This document shows positions 1 through 9,593 of a stretch of DNA of 64,000 nt, piece after piece. Source of the stretch: Nitrospira sp. GTDB lineage: Bacteria > Nitrospirota > Nitrospiria > Nitrospirales > Nitrospiraceae. Each line of letters starts with the position of its first letter. Positions within the stretch are counted from its first letter, which is position 1. The position numbers were made by a program, and so were the translations under genes. Location: NCBI GenBank assembly GCA_047150005.1, contig AP038806.1:224001-288000 (forward strand), written 5' to 3'. The notes beneath the pieces were generated by a model, which worked only from the letters and a program-made list of their open reading frames with translations, had not been told where the DNA came from and searched no databases.

Positions 1-227
1 ATTTCCGCGCGGCCCCGGTTCTCCGCCGTATCCCAGGCCAACGGCTCGTTTCTGACGCCGGTCACGGATCCCACGCCGAAAAACGCTTTGCTGTCCTTTT
101 CGCTCATGGCGCCGGACCCTTGCTTGACCCACTTCGGAGGACCGCCGCACGCGGCGAGCCCGACGATCAGAACGAGAGCAACCCCACCACCGGCCAATTG
201 TGAAAGGATTCCACGCGGCTGGCTCAT
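1..227 (-). CDS. LPP20-like lipoprotein (5' part; runs off window start)
   Basis: Hand-translated, not in ORF track: MSQPRGILSQLAGGGVALVLIVGLAACGGPPKWVKQGSG...FFGVGS...AENRGRAE; lipobox LAAC, P-x-W-V motif, AGGAGG SD upstream. Confidence 0.7.
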   Translation of the reverse strand, partial: MSQPRGILSQLAGGGVALVLIVGLAACGGPPKWVKQGSGAMSEKDSKAFFGVGSVTGVRNEPLAWDTAENRGRAE

Positions 228-392
228 GCGACTTCCTCCTTCGTGGCTACGGTCGATCCATCGGTGGACAACACGCGGTGAACAAACGCGAGAAATCGAG
301 CGGATTTATGCTAACATGCACGTCCAGTTGAGTCAACGCGCGGAGCCCCGAGCGGGCATCGTTATGAGCCCGAGGGGAGAGGGAAAACCACT

Positions 393-563
393 ATGGCGGA
401 CGTACAGATTGAAGACGGCATCATCCGGATCGTCGGACTCGACGTGCAGGACCCGAAGGCAGCCGCAGTGCTGGCGGAATATCCTCAGGTGCGGTGGGCG
501 GAGATCACGAGGCGCGCGCTGAAGATCGGCTTGGGCTATCTGAAAGGCGGGGGAAAAGACTAA
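393..563 (+). CDS. small hypothetical protein (56 aa)
   Basis: Hand-translated MADVQIEDGIIRIVGLDVQDPKAAAVLAEYPQVRWAEITRRALKIGLGYLKGGGKD*; purine-rich SD (GGAGAGGG); stop overlaps stop of the convergent gene by a few nt. Confidence 0.65.
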   Translation: MADVQIEDGIIRIVGLDVQDPKAAAVLAEYPQVRWAEITRRALKIGLGYLKGGGKD

Positions 564-1969
564 GGTTTTGCCGGTACGGAGTGATTGCCCCGCGCCACGG
601 CCTCGCGGGCCCGGACATGGTTGCCGCCGAGTTCCAGATACCGCTGAAAGGCCTCGACGGCTTTCTGATTGTTCTTCAACTCATCCTCATACAGGACCCC
701 GAGAGAAAAATAGACGTCCACATAGGTCGGATTGACCAAGAGGGCGTCCAGCATGGCCCGCTCGGCTTCCGGATACTGTCCCCTCTTTTCGTAGATCAGC
801 CCGAGCGTGTAGTGCGAGTCGGGATTCTTCGGGGCATGCTGCACGGCCAGCTTGCCGGCCGACAAGGCTTCGTCGAGGTCGGGCAGGACTTCGAGCCGCA
901 CATAGCTCTTCAACACATAGGCATCGCCGAATGCGGGATCATATTCCACCGCGCGGTTGAGCCGCTCCAACGCTTCGTCCGCCGACCTTCCGGTCTGCAA
1001 CAGCGCGAAGGCCTGCTCATACTGCAGCTTGGCCGCCTGTTTCCGCTCGGCCGGCGACTGCGGTTCTCCTCCGAGTCTGAACGCCGCCTTGCGGCCTTCG
1101 ATCAGAATCGTATCGCCGTCTCCTTCGAGCTGTGTGAACAGCGGGTGCTGGGCTCCCTTGGACTGCTCCTGGATCTGCTGGCTTGCGTAGCGTCCCAGCT
1201 CGGAGGCCATCAGCCACCCGTTGTTGTCCAGATCCGCGGCCCCCGACAGCCCCTTGGCGAGAACCTGAACGAACAGGCTTCGATCCTGCGTCCTGATGAC
1301 CGTCTCCCCTTTGTCTCCCGCCGTCAAAACCTGGACCGCCCGCTTTTCCTGATCGTCCTCCGGTGTGACCCGCCCTTCCAGGGACAACGGCTGTGCCGCG
1401 CTGACCTCCCATCCTCGCACGGGCACATCGAGCAGCAAGAGCGTGTGCTTCGAGGCGCTGCGCCGGCTGAATTCCTTGAGCTGGTCGAACGTCACCGCCT
1501 TGGACACGTTGTTGGGCTGCGCATCCCAAGGAACCAGATAGCCCGCGTCGTTGCCTGATTGGTCGCGCGTCACTCCCGCATGGCCGACGAAATAGATCAC
1601 CAGACGGTCTTGGCGCCCGACCTTGCGGGGAAGAAAATCGGACAGCAGTTGCTGGAGGCGCCGGAAGCTGGCGTCATTGTCGTACAGCTCCACCACCTCT
1701 TCAAAGCCCAGCCCGCGCAAGGCCTGGGCCATCGCCTTGCCGTCTTCTTTTGCGCCGGGCAGCTTGGGCGCGACCACGTAGTTTTCGATTCCGATCACGA
1801 CCGCCCAGGACTTGTAGTACAACCCCTCCGGCTTTCCCATTTGAGCCCAGGCGGAGGACGCGGAGGATGTGATGGACGCGAGAAGCAGGCAGGAGCACAG
1901 CGATCGAAAGAGGATGCGGACGCGACTGGGAAACCGTGGCGACATAGGCAAGAACCGGCGTGGAACCAC
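560..1969 (-). CDS. secreted caspase-like (peptidase C14) domain + TPR protein, catalytic Cys apparently lost
   Basis: SWAVVIGIENY...LPGAKEDG, YFVGHAG, GYLVPWDA, ADLDNNGWLMASEL; C-terminal TPR repeats; signal peptide; alternative start 1945. Confidence 0.8.
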   Translation of the reverse strand: MVPRRFLPMSPRFPSRVRILFRSLCSCLLLASITSSASSAWAQMGKPEGLYYKSWAVVIGIENYVVAPKLPGAKEDGKAMAQALRGLGFEEVVELYDNDASFRRLQQLLSDFLPRKVGRQDRLVIYFVGHAGVTRDQSGNDAGYLVPWDAQPNNVSKAVTFDQLKEFSRRSASKHTLLLLDVPVRGWEVSAAQPLSLEGRVTPEDDQEKRAVQVLTAGDKGETVIRTQDRSLFVQVLAKGLSGAADLDNNGWLMASELGRYASQQIQEQSKGAQHPLFTQLEGDGDTILIEGRKAAFRLGGEPQSPAERKQAAKLQYEQAFALLQTGRSADEALERLNRAVEYDPAFGDAYVLKSYVRLEVLPDLDEALSAGKLAVQHAPKNPDSHYTLGLIYEKRGQYPEAERAMLDALLVNPTYVDVYFSLGVLYEDELKNNQKAVEAFQRYLELGGNHVRAREAVARGNHSVPAKP

Positions 1970-1980
1970 TCTGAAAATTC

Positions 1981-2010
1981 AGCCTACTCTTGCCTTCCCG
2001 TGACTGTCAA
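1981..2010 (-). promoter_or_regulatory. sigma70-like promoter of caspase-like gene
   Basis: TTGACA-N18-TAGGCT on minus strand. Confidence 0.5.
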
Positions 2011-2135
2011 GAAACACTCAAGCGGAAAAGAGGTCACAGATCCCCGCGCCGCGCCCGCGCCAGATTGCATAGTTTCCCCGGACCAAGGTATGGTTGGGGC
2101 CGAGTGACACGGCGCCGACCAAGGAGCGCGGGACT

Positions 2136-4025
2136 ATGGCGGACAACATCGAGACCCTTCTGAAGGAAAGCCGGGTGTACCGGCCGACGTCCAAGACGAT
2201 TTCCGCAGCCTACGTTCAGGATTACGAGACCGCCTACAAGCGGTCGATCGCCGATCCGGAGGGTTTCTGGAGCGGTATGGCCAAGGAATTGGAATGGTTC
2301 ACTCCGTGGAAATCGGTGCTCGAGTGGAACTATCCGTGGGCCAAGTGGTTCGTCGGTGCGACCTGCAACATCGCCTACAACTGCCTCGACCGTCACATTG
2401 CCACCTGGCGAAAGAACAAAGTCGCGCTGATTTGGGTGGGGGAAAACGACCAGGAGCGGATCTTCACCTACGCCGAACTGCACCGGCAGGTCAACCGGTG
2501 CGCCAATGCTCTAAAAAAAGTTGGAATCCGCAAGGGCGACCGCGTCACGATCTATCTTCCCAAGATCCCGGAACAGGTCGTGGCCATGCTCGCCTGCGCG
2601 AGAATCGGCGCGATCCACAGCGTCGTCTATTCGGGGTTCAGCGCTCCGGCTTTGTCGAGCCGTATCAATGACGCGGAAGCGAAGCTCGTCATCACGGCCG
2701 ACGTAGGGTTCGACCGCGGCAAGGTCATCAATCTCAAGCCGGTCGTGGACGAAGCCGTGAAGAACTGCGCCACGGTGGAACACGTGGTCGTGGTGCGGAG
2801 GGAGAGTCCAGGGCAGGCATTGTCTGCCCCTAAGGAAATCGACTGGCACGACTGGCTCCGGCACGAGGCGCCGCACTGTCCCGCGGAGCCGCTTGACTCG
2901 GAGGCCCCCCTCTACATCCTGTACACGTCCGGCACCACCGGGAAACCGAAGGGCGTCGTCCACGTGCATGGCGGCTACATGGTGGGCACCTACGCCACGA
3001 CGAAATACGTCTTCGACCTGAAGGACGACGATGTCTATTTCTGCGTGGCGGATCCCGGCTGGGTGACGGGCCACAGTTATATCGTGTACGGCCCCTTGCT
3101 CAACGGCGCGACGATTTTGACGGCCGAGGGCAAGCCGGACTATCCCACTCCCGGACGCTGGTGGGATCTGATCGAACGCTACGGTGTGTCGATCTTCTAT
3201 ACGACGCCGACCGCCATCCGGCTGTTGATGCGCTATGGCGAAGACTGGCCGAAGAAATCCGATCTGTCCACGCTGCGCATTCTGGGCAGCGTCGGGGAGC
3301 CCATCAACCCGGAGGCCTGGGAATGGTTCCACCGGGTGACGGGCAGCGACAAGCCCATCATGGACACGTGGTGGCAAACGGAAACCGGTTCGATCCTCAT
3401 CACGCCGCTCCCCAGCGTCCCGCTGAAGCCTGGGTCGGCGACGAGACCCTTCCTCGGCATCGAGGCGGACGTCGTCGATCGGCAAGGCAACAGCCTTCCC
3501 GCAAACGCCGGCGGCTTCGCCGTGATCAAGAAGCCCTGGCCCTCGATGATGCGGACCATCTATAAGGATCCGGACCGCTACACAACGTACTGGACCACGA
3601 TCCCGAATTGCTACACGGCCGGCGACGTCTGCCACAAGGACGACGACGGCTACATGTGGTTCATGGGCCGCGCCGACGACGTGATCAAAGTGGCGGGCAA
3701 CCGGCTCGGGACCGCCGAGGTGGAGAGCGCGCTCGTCAGCCACCACGCGGTGGCCGAGGCCGCGGTGATCGGCAAGCCGCACAAGACGGTCGGGGAATCC
3801 ATCAAGGCCTTCATCATCCTGAAGCAGGGAGAGAAGGAAACTCCGGAGCTGATCCACTCCATCAAAGAGCAGGTCAAACACGAACTGGGAAAGATCGCGG
3901 TGCCGGCTGAGATCGACATCGTGACTTCGCTGCCCAAGACCCGTTCCGGCAAGATCATGCGGCGGGTGCTCAAGGCCAAGGAGCTGGGGCAGGATCCCGG
4001 CGACATTTCGACCATCGAAGAGTAG
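2136..4025 (+). CDS. acs: acetyl-CoA synthetase (acetate--CoA ligase)
   Basis: YTSGTTGKPKG, DTWWQTETG, LPKTRSGKIMRR; AAGGAG SD before ATG 2136. Confidence 0.97.
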   Translation: MADNIETLLKESRVYRPTSKTISAAYVQDYETAYKRSIADPEGFWSGMAKELEWFTPWKSVLEWNYPWAKWFVGATCNIAYNCLDRHIATWRKNKVALIWVGENDQERIFTYAELHRQVNRCANALKKVGIRKGDRVTIYLPKIPEQVVAMLACARIGAIHSVVYSGFSAPALSSRINDAEAKLVITADVGFDRGKVINLKPVVDEAVKNCATVEHVVVVRRESPGQALSAPKEIDWHDWLRHEAPHCPAEPLDSEAPLYILYTSGTTGKPKGVVHVHGGYMVGTYATTKYVFDLKDDDVYFCVADPGWVTGHSYIVYGPLLNGATILTAEGKPDYPTPGRWWDLIERYGVSIFYTTPTAIRLLMRYGEDWPKKSDLSTLRILGSVGEPINPEAWEWFHRVTGSDKPIMDTWWQTETGSILITPLPSVPLKPGSATRPFLGIEADVVDRQGNSLPANAGGFAVIKKPWPSMMRTIYKDPDRYTTYWTTIPNCYTAGDVCHKDDDGYMWFMGRADDVIKVAGNRLGTAEVESALVSHHAVAEAAVIGKPHKTVGESIKAFIILKQGEKETPELIHSIKEQVKHELGKIAVPAEIDIVTSLPKTRSGKIMRRVLKAKELGQDPGDISTIEE

Positions 4026-4076
4026 CGCATCGCATCCCTGAAACTGACCGTTGATCGAGACCAATAGGAGGCCGGT

Positions 4077-4547
4077 ATGATGAAGTCCGTGAATCTTGCG
4101 CCGATGGCACTCATCGGCGCGGTGCTCTGGTTCTGCCCGACGCTCGCCCCCTCGCCCGCCTTCGCGGCGGACAAAGACAAGCAGGCCAAGACACCAAAGG
4201 CCGCGCCGCAGGCCAAGGCCCCCAAACCTAAACAGGACAAGTCGAAATTTCAGTCGGCCGAGACGGCGGGTAAAGCGGAGGCCTGCTTCGGCGTCGCGCC
4301 CAAGATCGAGAAGCTCACACCGGATGAGGGAAAGGCCGGAGACAGCGTGACCATCAAGGGAGCCCAGTTCGGTCCGGTGAACTGTCTGCGTGGTGTGTCG
4401 TTCGGACCGGGCCGCCCCGCCAAGTTTACGTTCAAGAACGACCAGACCGTCACCGCGACCGTCCCGTCTGGCGGGCGCAAGGGGCTCGCGATCGTGACCG
4501 TCACGACGGCCTCTGGAGAGGACTCGAAGGCCTTTCTGATGAAGTAA
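4077..4547 (+). CDS. secreted IPT/TIG-domain protein with Lys/Ala/Pro-rich linker
   Basis: Signal peptide; PKIEKLTPDEGKAGDSVTIKG...VTATVP IPT pattern. Confidence 0.7.
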   Translation: MMKSVNLAPMALIGAVLWFCPTLAPSPAFAADKDKQAKTPKAAPQAKAPKPKQDKSKFQSAETAGKAEACFGVAPKIEKLTPDEGKAGDSVTIKGAQFGPVNCLRGVSFGPGRPAKFTFKNDQTVTATVPSGGRKGLAIVTVTTASGEDSKAFLMK

Positions 4548-4586
4548 CCGTCCGCGAGGACGGCAGCCGCCGTCGATCGTCCGAAT

Positions 4587-4808
4587 ATGAAGTGGTCGAG
4601 AAAACCAGGAGAGCCGATCTACCAGCGACGGCACATGGTGGCTCTCCTGCTTGCCGTCTGCCTGCCGATCGTTCTACTGCAGCTCTATAAGATATACATC
4701 GGGCCCATCAGCTTTTTCGTTCAACTGACCCTGGCGGTCGTCGTGTCCATCTTCGCCGGCCTCGCCCTCTACCTGCTCTATCACTCTTCCGCCAGAAACG
4801 AACCGTGA
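4587..4808 (+). CDS. small two-TM membrane protein
   Basis: Two hydrophobic segments, 73 aa. Confidence 0.6.
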   Translation: MKWSRKPGEPIYQRRHMVALLLAVCLPIVLLQLYKIYIGPISFFVQLTLAVVVSIFAGLALYLLYHSSARNEP

Positions 4809-4846
4809 ACCGTGTTTTGGTCCGACTGCAGGTCAATATCCATCCG

Positions 4847-5083
4847 TTAGGCGACAATCCTTCGCATGTCGTCATACTGATCCTTCGAAAGTTCGCCGGC
4901 TGCATAGCGGCGGTCGAGGATCTGTCGTGACGTTTCGTGTTGATGATCTCCGCTTGTTCCACATCCCGGTCGAACACCGCGACGCCAGATGACGATCATT
5001 GTGCCCATCATCACGACAAAAAGCAGAAGAGGGACTATCCACATAAAACCCATCTCTGTCCCAGGTACACACGATGGCCACAT
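4847..5083 (-). CDS. SHOCT-domain small membrane protein
   Basis: One TM then QILDRRYAAGELSKDQYDDMRR; GGAGG SD. Confidence 0.8.
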   Translation of the reverse strand: MWPSCVPGTEMGFMWIVPLLLFVVMMGTMIVIWRRGVRPGCGTSGDHQHETSRQILDRRYAAGELSKDQYDDMRRIVA

Positions 5084-5172
5084 AAAAACCTCCCAATTGT
5101 ATTAGAGCCTCAGTGGTGAAAACTCTACGAGGATATGTCTTTGGCAAGGGCAAGCCCCAAACCTTGGTTTGC

Positions 5173-5934
5173 TCATTGATTTCGTCCGGCCATCACTCCG
5201 CCATCCACGTCCCACACTGCACCGGTCACCCAGCTCGCGGCATCGCTCAAAAGAAAATCAATGACCGCACTAACATCCGCAGGTGTACCGATCCGGCCAA
5301 TTGGATGAAAGCCATTAAAACTCGCGAGTGCTTCGCTGATTTCCTCCGGCTTGATGAACGCCCCATAGATGGGCGTTTCGACGACTGCCGGTGAGACGGC
5401 ATTGACGCGAATGCCGTGCTCGGCCAGCTCCATGGCGAGATGCTGCGTCAGGGCGTGCATGCCAGCTTTGGCCATCGAGTAGGCGGAGGATGGTGTCGCC
5501 TTGATCGCCTGCCTGGCCCACATTGAGCCGATATTGACGATGCTGCCTTTGACTCCCGCGTCCACCATGCGCTGTGCGACCGCTTGCGTAAGAAAGAAGA
5601 AGGATTCATTGATGTCGTGGTATTGACGATATTGCTCCCGTGTGTGCTTAAGGAACGGCGTGGGGAAGAAATACCCGGCGGAGTTTACGAGATAGTCGAA
5701 CGCAGGCCCGGAGGAAATCTCCCCGGCGAAAGCGTCTACCTGCGAACGATTATAGAGGTCGACCACCTTGGTGGTGACGCGCTGTGCCCCAGCTTGCCGG
5801 ACTGCGGCGGCGGCTCTGTCCAGTTTGGAGATATCGCGTCCGACGAGGGTGATGACCGCCTCATGCGCGGCGAGGCGTTTGGCCGTGTCAAAGCCTATGC
5901 CGGTTGAGCCCCCGATAATCAATGCGTGTCTCAT
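5173..5934 (-). CDS. SDR family NAD(P)-dependent oxidoreductase
   Basis: GGSTGIG, NSAG, YSMAK, RVNAVSP, VDGG; GGGGAGG SD before ATG 5934. Confidence 0.93.
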   Translation of the reverse strand: MRHALIIGGSTGIGFDTAKRLAAHEAVITLVGRDISKLDRAAAAVRQAGAQRVTTKVVDLYNRSQVDAFAGEISSGPAFDYLVNSAGYFFPTPFLKHTREQYRQYHDINESFFFLTQAVAQRMVDAGVKGSIVNIGSMWARQAIKATPSSAYSMAKAGMHALTQHLAMELAEHGIRVNAVSPAVVETPIYGAFIKPEEISEALASFNGFHPIGRIGTPADVSAVIDFLLSDAASWVTGAVWDVDGGVMAGRNQ

Positions 5935-6147
5935 CGTTTGATGCCTCCCCTGCGATCGGTTGAAGTCTCGACCATCCACAATGCGATTGACCGGATTGGA
6001 ACGTCATAATTTAGCGGCTACGTCAACCGTTCCAGGCCCACGCTGACACGATGCTGATCGCAAGGAACCGGTCCTGTTTATCCTGCAGATAGATCCATCC
6101 AACGCCCGAAGGTGTTCTTTGCTCAAGGTCAACATTATCGGAGGTAT

Positions 6148-6597
6148 CTAAGGCTTCGCGAATGATCGGACGTAGGTGATCACCTTCCAGGCGTCTTCTT
6201 CGGTTAGCACAAGGGGAACAAATGAGGCCATGGCCGTCCCCTTGCTTCCATGCTTCAGGATCCAGAACAGTTCACCGTCTGTCCGCGCCGCTTGCCAATC
6301 CGTATCGGTGAAGTTTCTAGGCAGCGGCCCCCTAAAACTGTCCGGCTCGATGTCGGAGCCCAGGCCTTTGCCATCCAGGCCATGACAGGTGCGACAAAAC
6401 CCCTTCCCCTCAAAAATGCGCTTGCCCTGTTCAATGATGGCAGGGGTCTGGGGATAGGGGTTCGTCGCCTGCCTCGCGCTGTCTAGTTGGTCTGGAGGGA
6501 CGCGCGGTCTCAAGACTGCTGAGTCAGCCGACCACACCATGGACGATGTTACCGCTATGAACAACGCAGCAGTCATGAGCCTGTTGGACCTATGCAT
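6148..6597 (-). CDS. periplasmic monoheme cytochrome c
   Basis: Signal peptide, CRTCH, DGELFWILKHG...AM distal Met. Confidence 0.9.
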   Translation of the reverse strand: MHRSNRLMTAALFIAVTSSMVWSADSAVLRPRVPPDQLDSARQATNPYPQTPAIIEQGKRIFEGKGFCRTCHGLDGKGLGSDIEPDSFRGPLPRNFTDTDWQAARTDGELFWILKHGSKGTAMASFVPLVLTEEDAWKVITYVRSFAKP

Positions 6598-6676
6598 GGT
6601 GCATCCTTCAATAGCTCGAGTGGCGGCGCGGCAAGTAGTCAGACGAGCCTTGGCCGCTTGCCGTTTCCGTGTGTGA

Positions 6677-7192
6677 CTATTTCTCGCCTCGCGGGTGACT
6701 ATGGCTGATCGCCTGGGGAAAGGTCACCGAGCCATCGGGAAACTCTTGCCCAGGCTGCCACAAATGATAAATGACCCCATCGGTCTTTGAGGCGCTCTCT
6801 GCAATTTCCGCTGCCTTATCAGCTGGCTCTAAGACCTGTAGCCGGCCAGTCGCGATTTCGGCCTTGTGATCATGAAAATGCCGATGCCACTGAATCACAG
6901 GTAACTTTCGGGATAGGTCCTTGGCGACAAAATATTCCACCCCGACCAGCTTGGCATCCGGTGCCGTGGATTCGAACAAGAGACATTGAAAGACTTGCGC
7001 AGAAGCAGGCTTACAATAGTGATGGAACGGCCCTCCCAGCGTACCGTCTGCCATCATATGGGGAACCTGCACGTGAATGGTGAATCCATCCATTGGAGAT
7101 GTCGCGTCTGCAGCAAACGCGACACCGTAATTCCAAGCCACACTAAGCGCCGCAATGAGGACTCCTTTTATCCAACCTCGTGTCGATCGCAT
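6677..7192 (-). CDS. secreted DUF1264/OBAP-like protein
   Basis: HHYCK, QCLLFES, LVGVEY, WHRHFHDHK motifs; signal peptide. Confidence 0.75.
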   Translation of the reverse strand: MRSTRGWIKGVLIAALSVAWNYGVAFAADATSPMDGFTIHVQVPHMMADGTLGGPFHHYCKPASAQVFQCLLFESTAPDAKLVGVEYFVAKDLSRKLPVIQWHRHFHDHKAEIATGRLQVLEPADKAAEIAESASKTDGVIYHLWQPGQEFPDGSVTFPQAISHSHPRGEK

Positions 7193-7234
7193 ACGTCCCT
7201 CCTCATCAGGTATGTGTGATTACTCAGGTACAGC

Positions 7235-7546
7235 TTATGCGCAACATGAACCTGCGCTCTGCCTCTCAGCACTCTCATAGATGCGAATCTCTGGCGGCGC
7301 CTGCAGAAATGGCTTGAGCGTACCGGCCACGTCATTTGTGAACAGGTTGCTCGTCAGGTACGACTTCGCATTGTCGACCGTATCGAACCGATGGAGCACT
7401 TGCACATCCTCGTCTCTAATCAACAGTTCCTTGGATTTGGCACCCACGACCTGCTTCAAGAATGGATCTCGATACTTCGTGTACACGTCGGCCGCCGACT
7501 TGCGATCGCGGTCCGCAACTTTGAGCGTGATTTCGAGATACGCCAT
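7235..7546 (-). CDS. hypothetical protein, probable dimeric alpha/beta-barrel (ABM/EthD-like) fold
   Basis: GAGGAGG SD; alternating beta/alpha pattern ending PPEIRIYE; first gene divergent from LysR. Confidence 0.65.
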   Translation of the reverse strand: MAYLEITLKVADRDRKSAADVYTKYRDPFLKQVVGAKSKELLIRDEDVQVLHRFDTVDNAKSYLTSNLFTNDVAGTLKPFLQAPPEIRIYESAERQSAGSCCA

Positions 7547-7650
7547 GATTTGTCCTCCTCATCTGGAAAGTTGAAAAATGTCTCCATCGGCTTTATAAAT
7601 TAAACATCACGGGAGCATTCATTGAGAAATTGTTTTTCTAAATATCATTT

Positions 7651-7669
7651 ATTCATAACTCCTATGAAT
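7651..7669. promoter_or_regulatory. palindromic operator, likely LysR binding site
   Basis: ATTCATA-actcc-TATGAAT perfect 7-bp inverted repeat in AT-rich divergent intergenic region, 5 nt before lysR ATG. Confidence 0.55.
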
Positions 7670-7674
7670 CGATT

Positions 7675-8601
7675 ATGAATCTCAGCCAGCTCCGTTTCGC
7701 GACTTCCCTCGCATCCACCGGCTCATTCACATTGGCAGCCGCGGAGTGCTGTGTGACACAGCCCACGCTTTCGAACGGCATTGCCCAACTTGAGGATGAA
7801 TTGGGAGCTCAGCTGTTTGTTCGCACCACACGCAAAGTCGGGTTGACGCCGTTCGGTGTATACGCGTTGCCCTACATGACGGAAGTCCTAAAAGCCCACA
7901 CCGTCCTCGCCAGTCAGGCCAAGGCGTTTCTTCACCCTGATCAACAACTCATCCGCATCGGCACCTCGCCGCTGGTGGATGCCTCGCTACTGAAGCTCAT
8001 GATTGAACCATTTCGGCGTGACAACCCGAGGGTGGATATCGTGCTCCGTGAGATGAACATGACCGATCTCCATCAAATGCTGGATCGTGGACTGCTGGAT
8101 TACGTCTTCGGAGTCGCGGAAGCTCACAAAAAACGGTGGGTGACGGCAACGCTTTATGACGAGCCCTTGATGTTCATTCCACCCGGACAGGGATGGCTCG
8201 GGAACCCACGGCGTGAATCAGTCGACTTAAAGGACATTGCCAATGAGACCTATGTGATGGTGCCAGATGCGTGCGGGTTGTCTCGTGTGACGCGAGGCAT
8301 TTTCCGCAGTCAACGACGCACGCTCAAGGAATATTCCGGAAGGGCGATGAGCTATCATGTCCTCCAAGACTGGGCTGCGCTCGGGATGGGCGCGGCGATC
8401 CTACCGAAATCGAAGATTAGCGAGAGCCGACAGCATGTCTATCCCATCGAAGGTCGTGCTCGTCGGGAAGTTCGAATCACATTCGAGGCGATCTGGTCCA
8501 GAAACAAGGCACGCGCTCCTCATCTGCGAGCGTTCGAACAGCATCTTTGCAAGGTGGTTCCTCACATCGTTCGCGGGCACATACCGGCAAAGATTAGGTA
8601 G
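7675..8601 (+). CDS. LysR family transcriptional regulator
   Basis: GSFTLAAAECCVTQPTLSNGIAQLEDELGAQLFVRTTRKV HTH. Confidence 0.95.
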   Translation: MNLSQLRFATSLASTGSFTLAAAECCVTQPTLSNGIAQLEDELGAQLFVRTTRKVGLTPFGVYALPYMTEVLKAHTVLASQAKAFLHPDQQLIRIGTSPLVDASLLKLMIEPFRRDNPRVDIVLREMNMTDLHQMLDRGLLDYVFGVAEAHKKRWVTATLYDEPLMFIPPGQGWLGNPRRESVDLKDIANETYVMVPDACGLSRVTRGIFRSQRRTLKEYSGRAMSYHVLQDWAALGMGAAILPKSKISESRQHVYPIEGRARREVRITFEAIWSRNKARAPHLRAFEQHLCKVVPHIVRGHIPAKIR

Positions 8602-8634
8602 CGGAGCGACTCCTGGCCGCCAACCCGCAACCAC

Positions 8635-9288
8635 TCAAATCAATCCGTGTTTCTTAAGATAGTCCGTGTCGATGGCGGGAGTCGGTTTGGAAAGTTGGCT
8701 CCGTTCCTGGAGCAATCGCTCGACATACTTGCCGATCAAATCCGATTCAAGGTTCACCGGATCGTCGACCTGCTTGAGCCCGAGCGTCGTCACCTTGGCG
8801 GTGTGAGGAATAATCGCGACCGATACGGCATGGTCGGTCACTTCATTGATCGTCAGACTGACGCCGTCGACCGTAATTGAGCCCTTCATCACGCAATAGC
8901 GCAGCACGTCCGGCGGCATGTCGATCGTCACGACGACGGCGTTGGCGTCCTGACGGCGGCTGCGAATCCTGCCGACCCCGTCCACGTGGCCTGCCACAAG
9001 ATGCCCGCCGATGCGCTCGTTCAACTTCAAGGCCCGCTCCAAATTCACAGGGGCGCCCGCTCCGAGTCGGCCGAGCGCCGTGACCGAAAGCGTTTCCGGC
9101 GAGACTTCCACCGCAAACCAGGCTTGCTCCCGTTCCGCCACCGTCAAGCACGCGCCGTTCACGCTCACACTGTCTCCGACTTTCAGGTCGCCCATGACCT
9201 CCGTCGCGAGAATCGTCATTCTGGTTCCGGCGAGCGTCTTGTCGACGGACCGTATGGCGCCCATTTCTTCGACAATCCCGGTGAACAT
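8635..9288 (-). CDS. ribE: riboflavin synthase
   Basis: MFTGIVEE, NGACLTV, GGHLVAGHVDG, KGSITVDGVSLT. Confidence 0.97.
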   Translation of the reverse strand: MFTGIVEEMGAIRSVDKTLAGTRMTILATEVMGDLKVGDSVSVNGACLTVAEREQAWFAVEVSPETLSVTALGRLGAGAPVNLERALKLNERIGGHLVAGHVDGVGRIRSRRQDANAVVVTIDMPPDVLRYCVMKGSITVDGVSLTINEVTDHAVSVAIIPHTAKVTTLGLKQVDDPVNLESDLIGKYVERLLQERSQLSKPTPAIDTDYLKKHGLI

Positions 9289-9290
9289 AA

Positions 9291-9414
9291 CAGGATATTG
9301 AAAATGACCCCCTGTTTCGTTCTCGCTTCTCGCCCAGCCTCGACGTACATAGAAACAGTACGCCTCGGCTAGCCGCTCGCTGCGGCCTTACCGGAGGCCA
9401 TTTTGAATATCCTG
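9291..9414. mobile_element. 124-bp MITE-like element with 19-bp imperfect terminal inverted repeats
   Basis: Left end CAGGATATTGAAAATGACC vs reverse complement of right end CAGGATATTCAAAATGGCC (17/19); no coding capacity. Confidence 0.65.
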
Positions 9415-9433
9415 GAGAAGCAGAACAGAGAGC

Positions 9434-9562
9434 CTATTCCCCTTTCTTGCTCAATATTTGTTTGACGACGTACGCGAAGACCACGATCAGCACGAGGACG
9501 CCTATCGCCGTGACGACGCCGACCACGATATCTTCCGTCGAATGCCCCTGCATCGCCGGCAT
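9434..9562 (-). CDS. small single-TM protein (42 aa; alternative start 9553)
   Basis: Hand-translated MPAMQGHSTEDIVVGVVTAIGVLVLIVVFAYVVKQILSKKGE*; clean TM followed by basic residues, co-oriented with operon. Confidence 0.55.
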   Translation of the reverse strand: MPAMQGHSTEDIVVGVVTAIGVLVLIVVFAYVVKQILSKKGE

Positions 9563-9593
9563 TATAGTCGGTTTCGCGTCGACCTGTCTCCGC

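Noticed and set aside
88..522. 144-aa plus-strand ORF in the track
   Set aside because: Overlaps better-supported LPP20-like gene and 56-aa ORF; atypical composition
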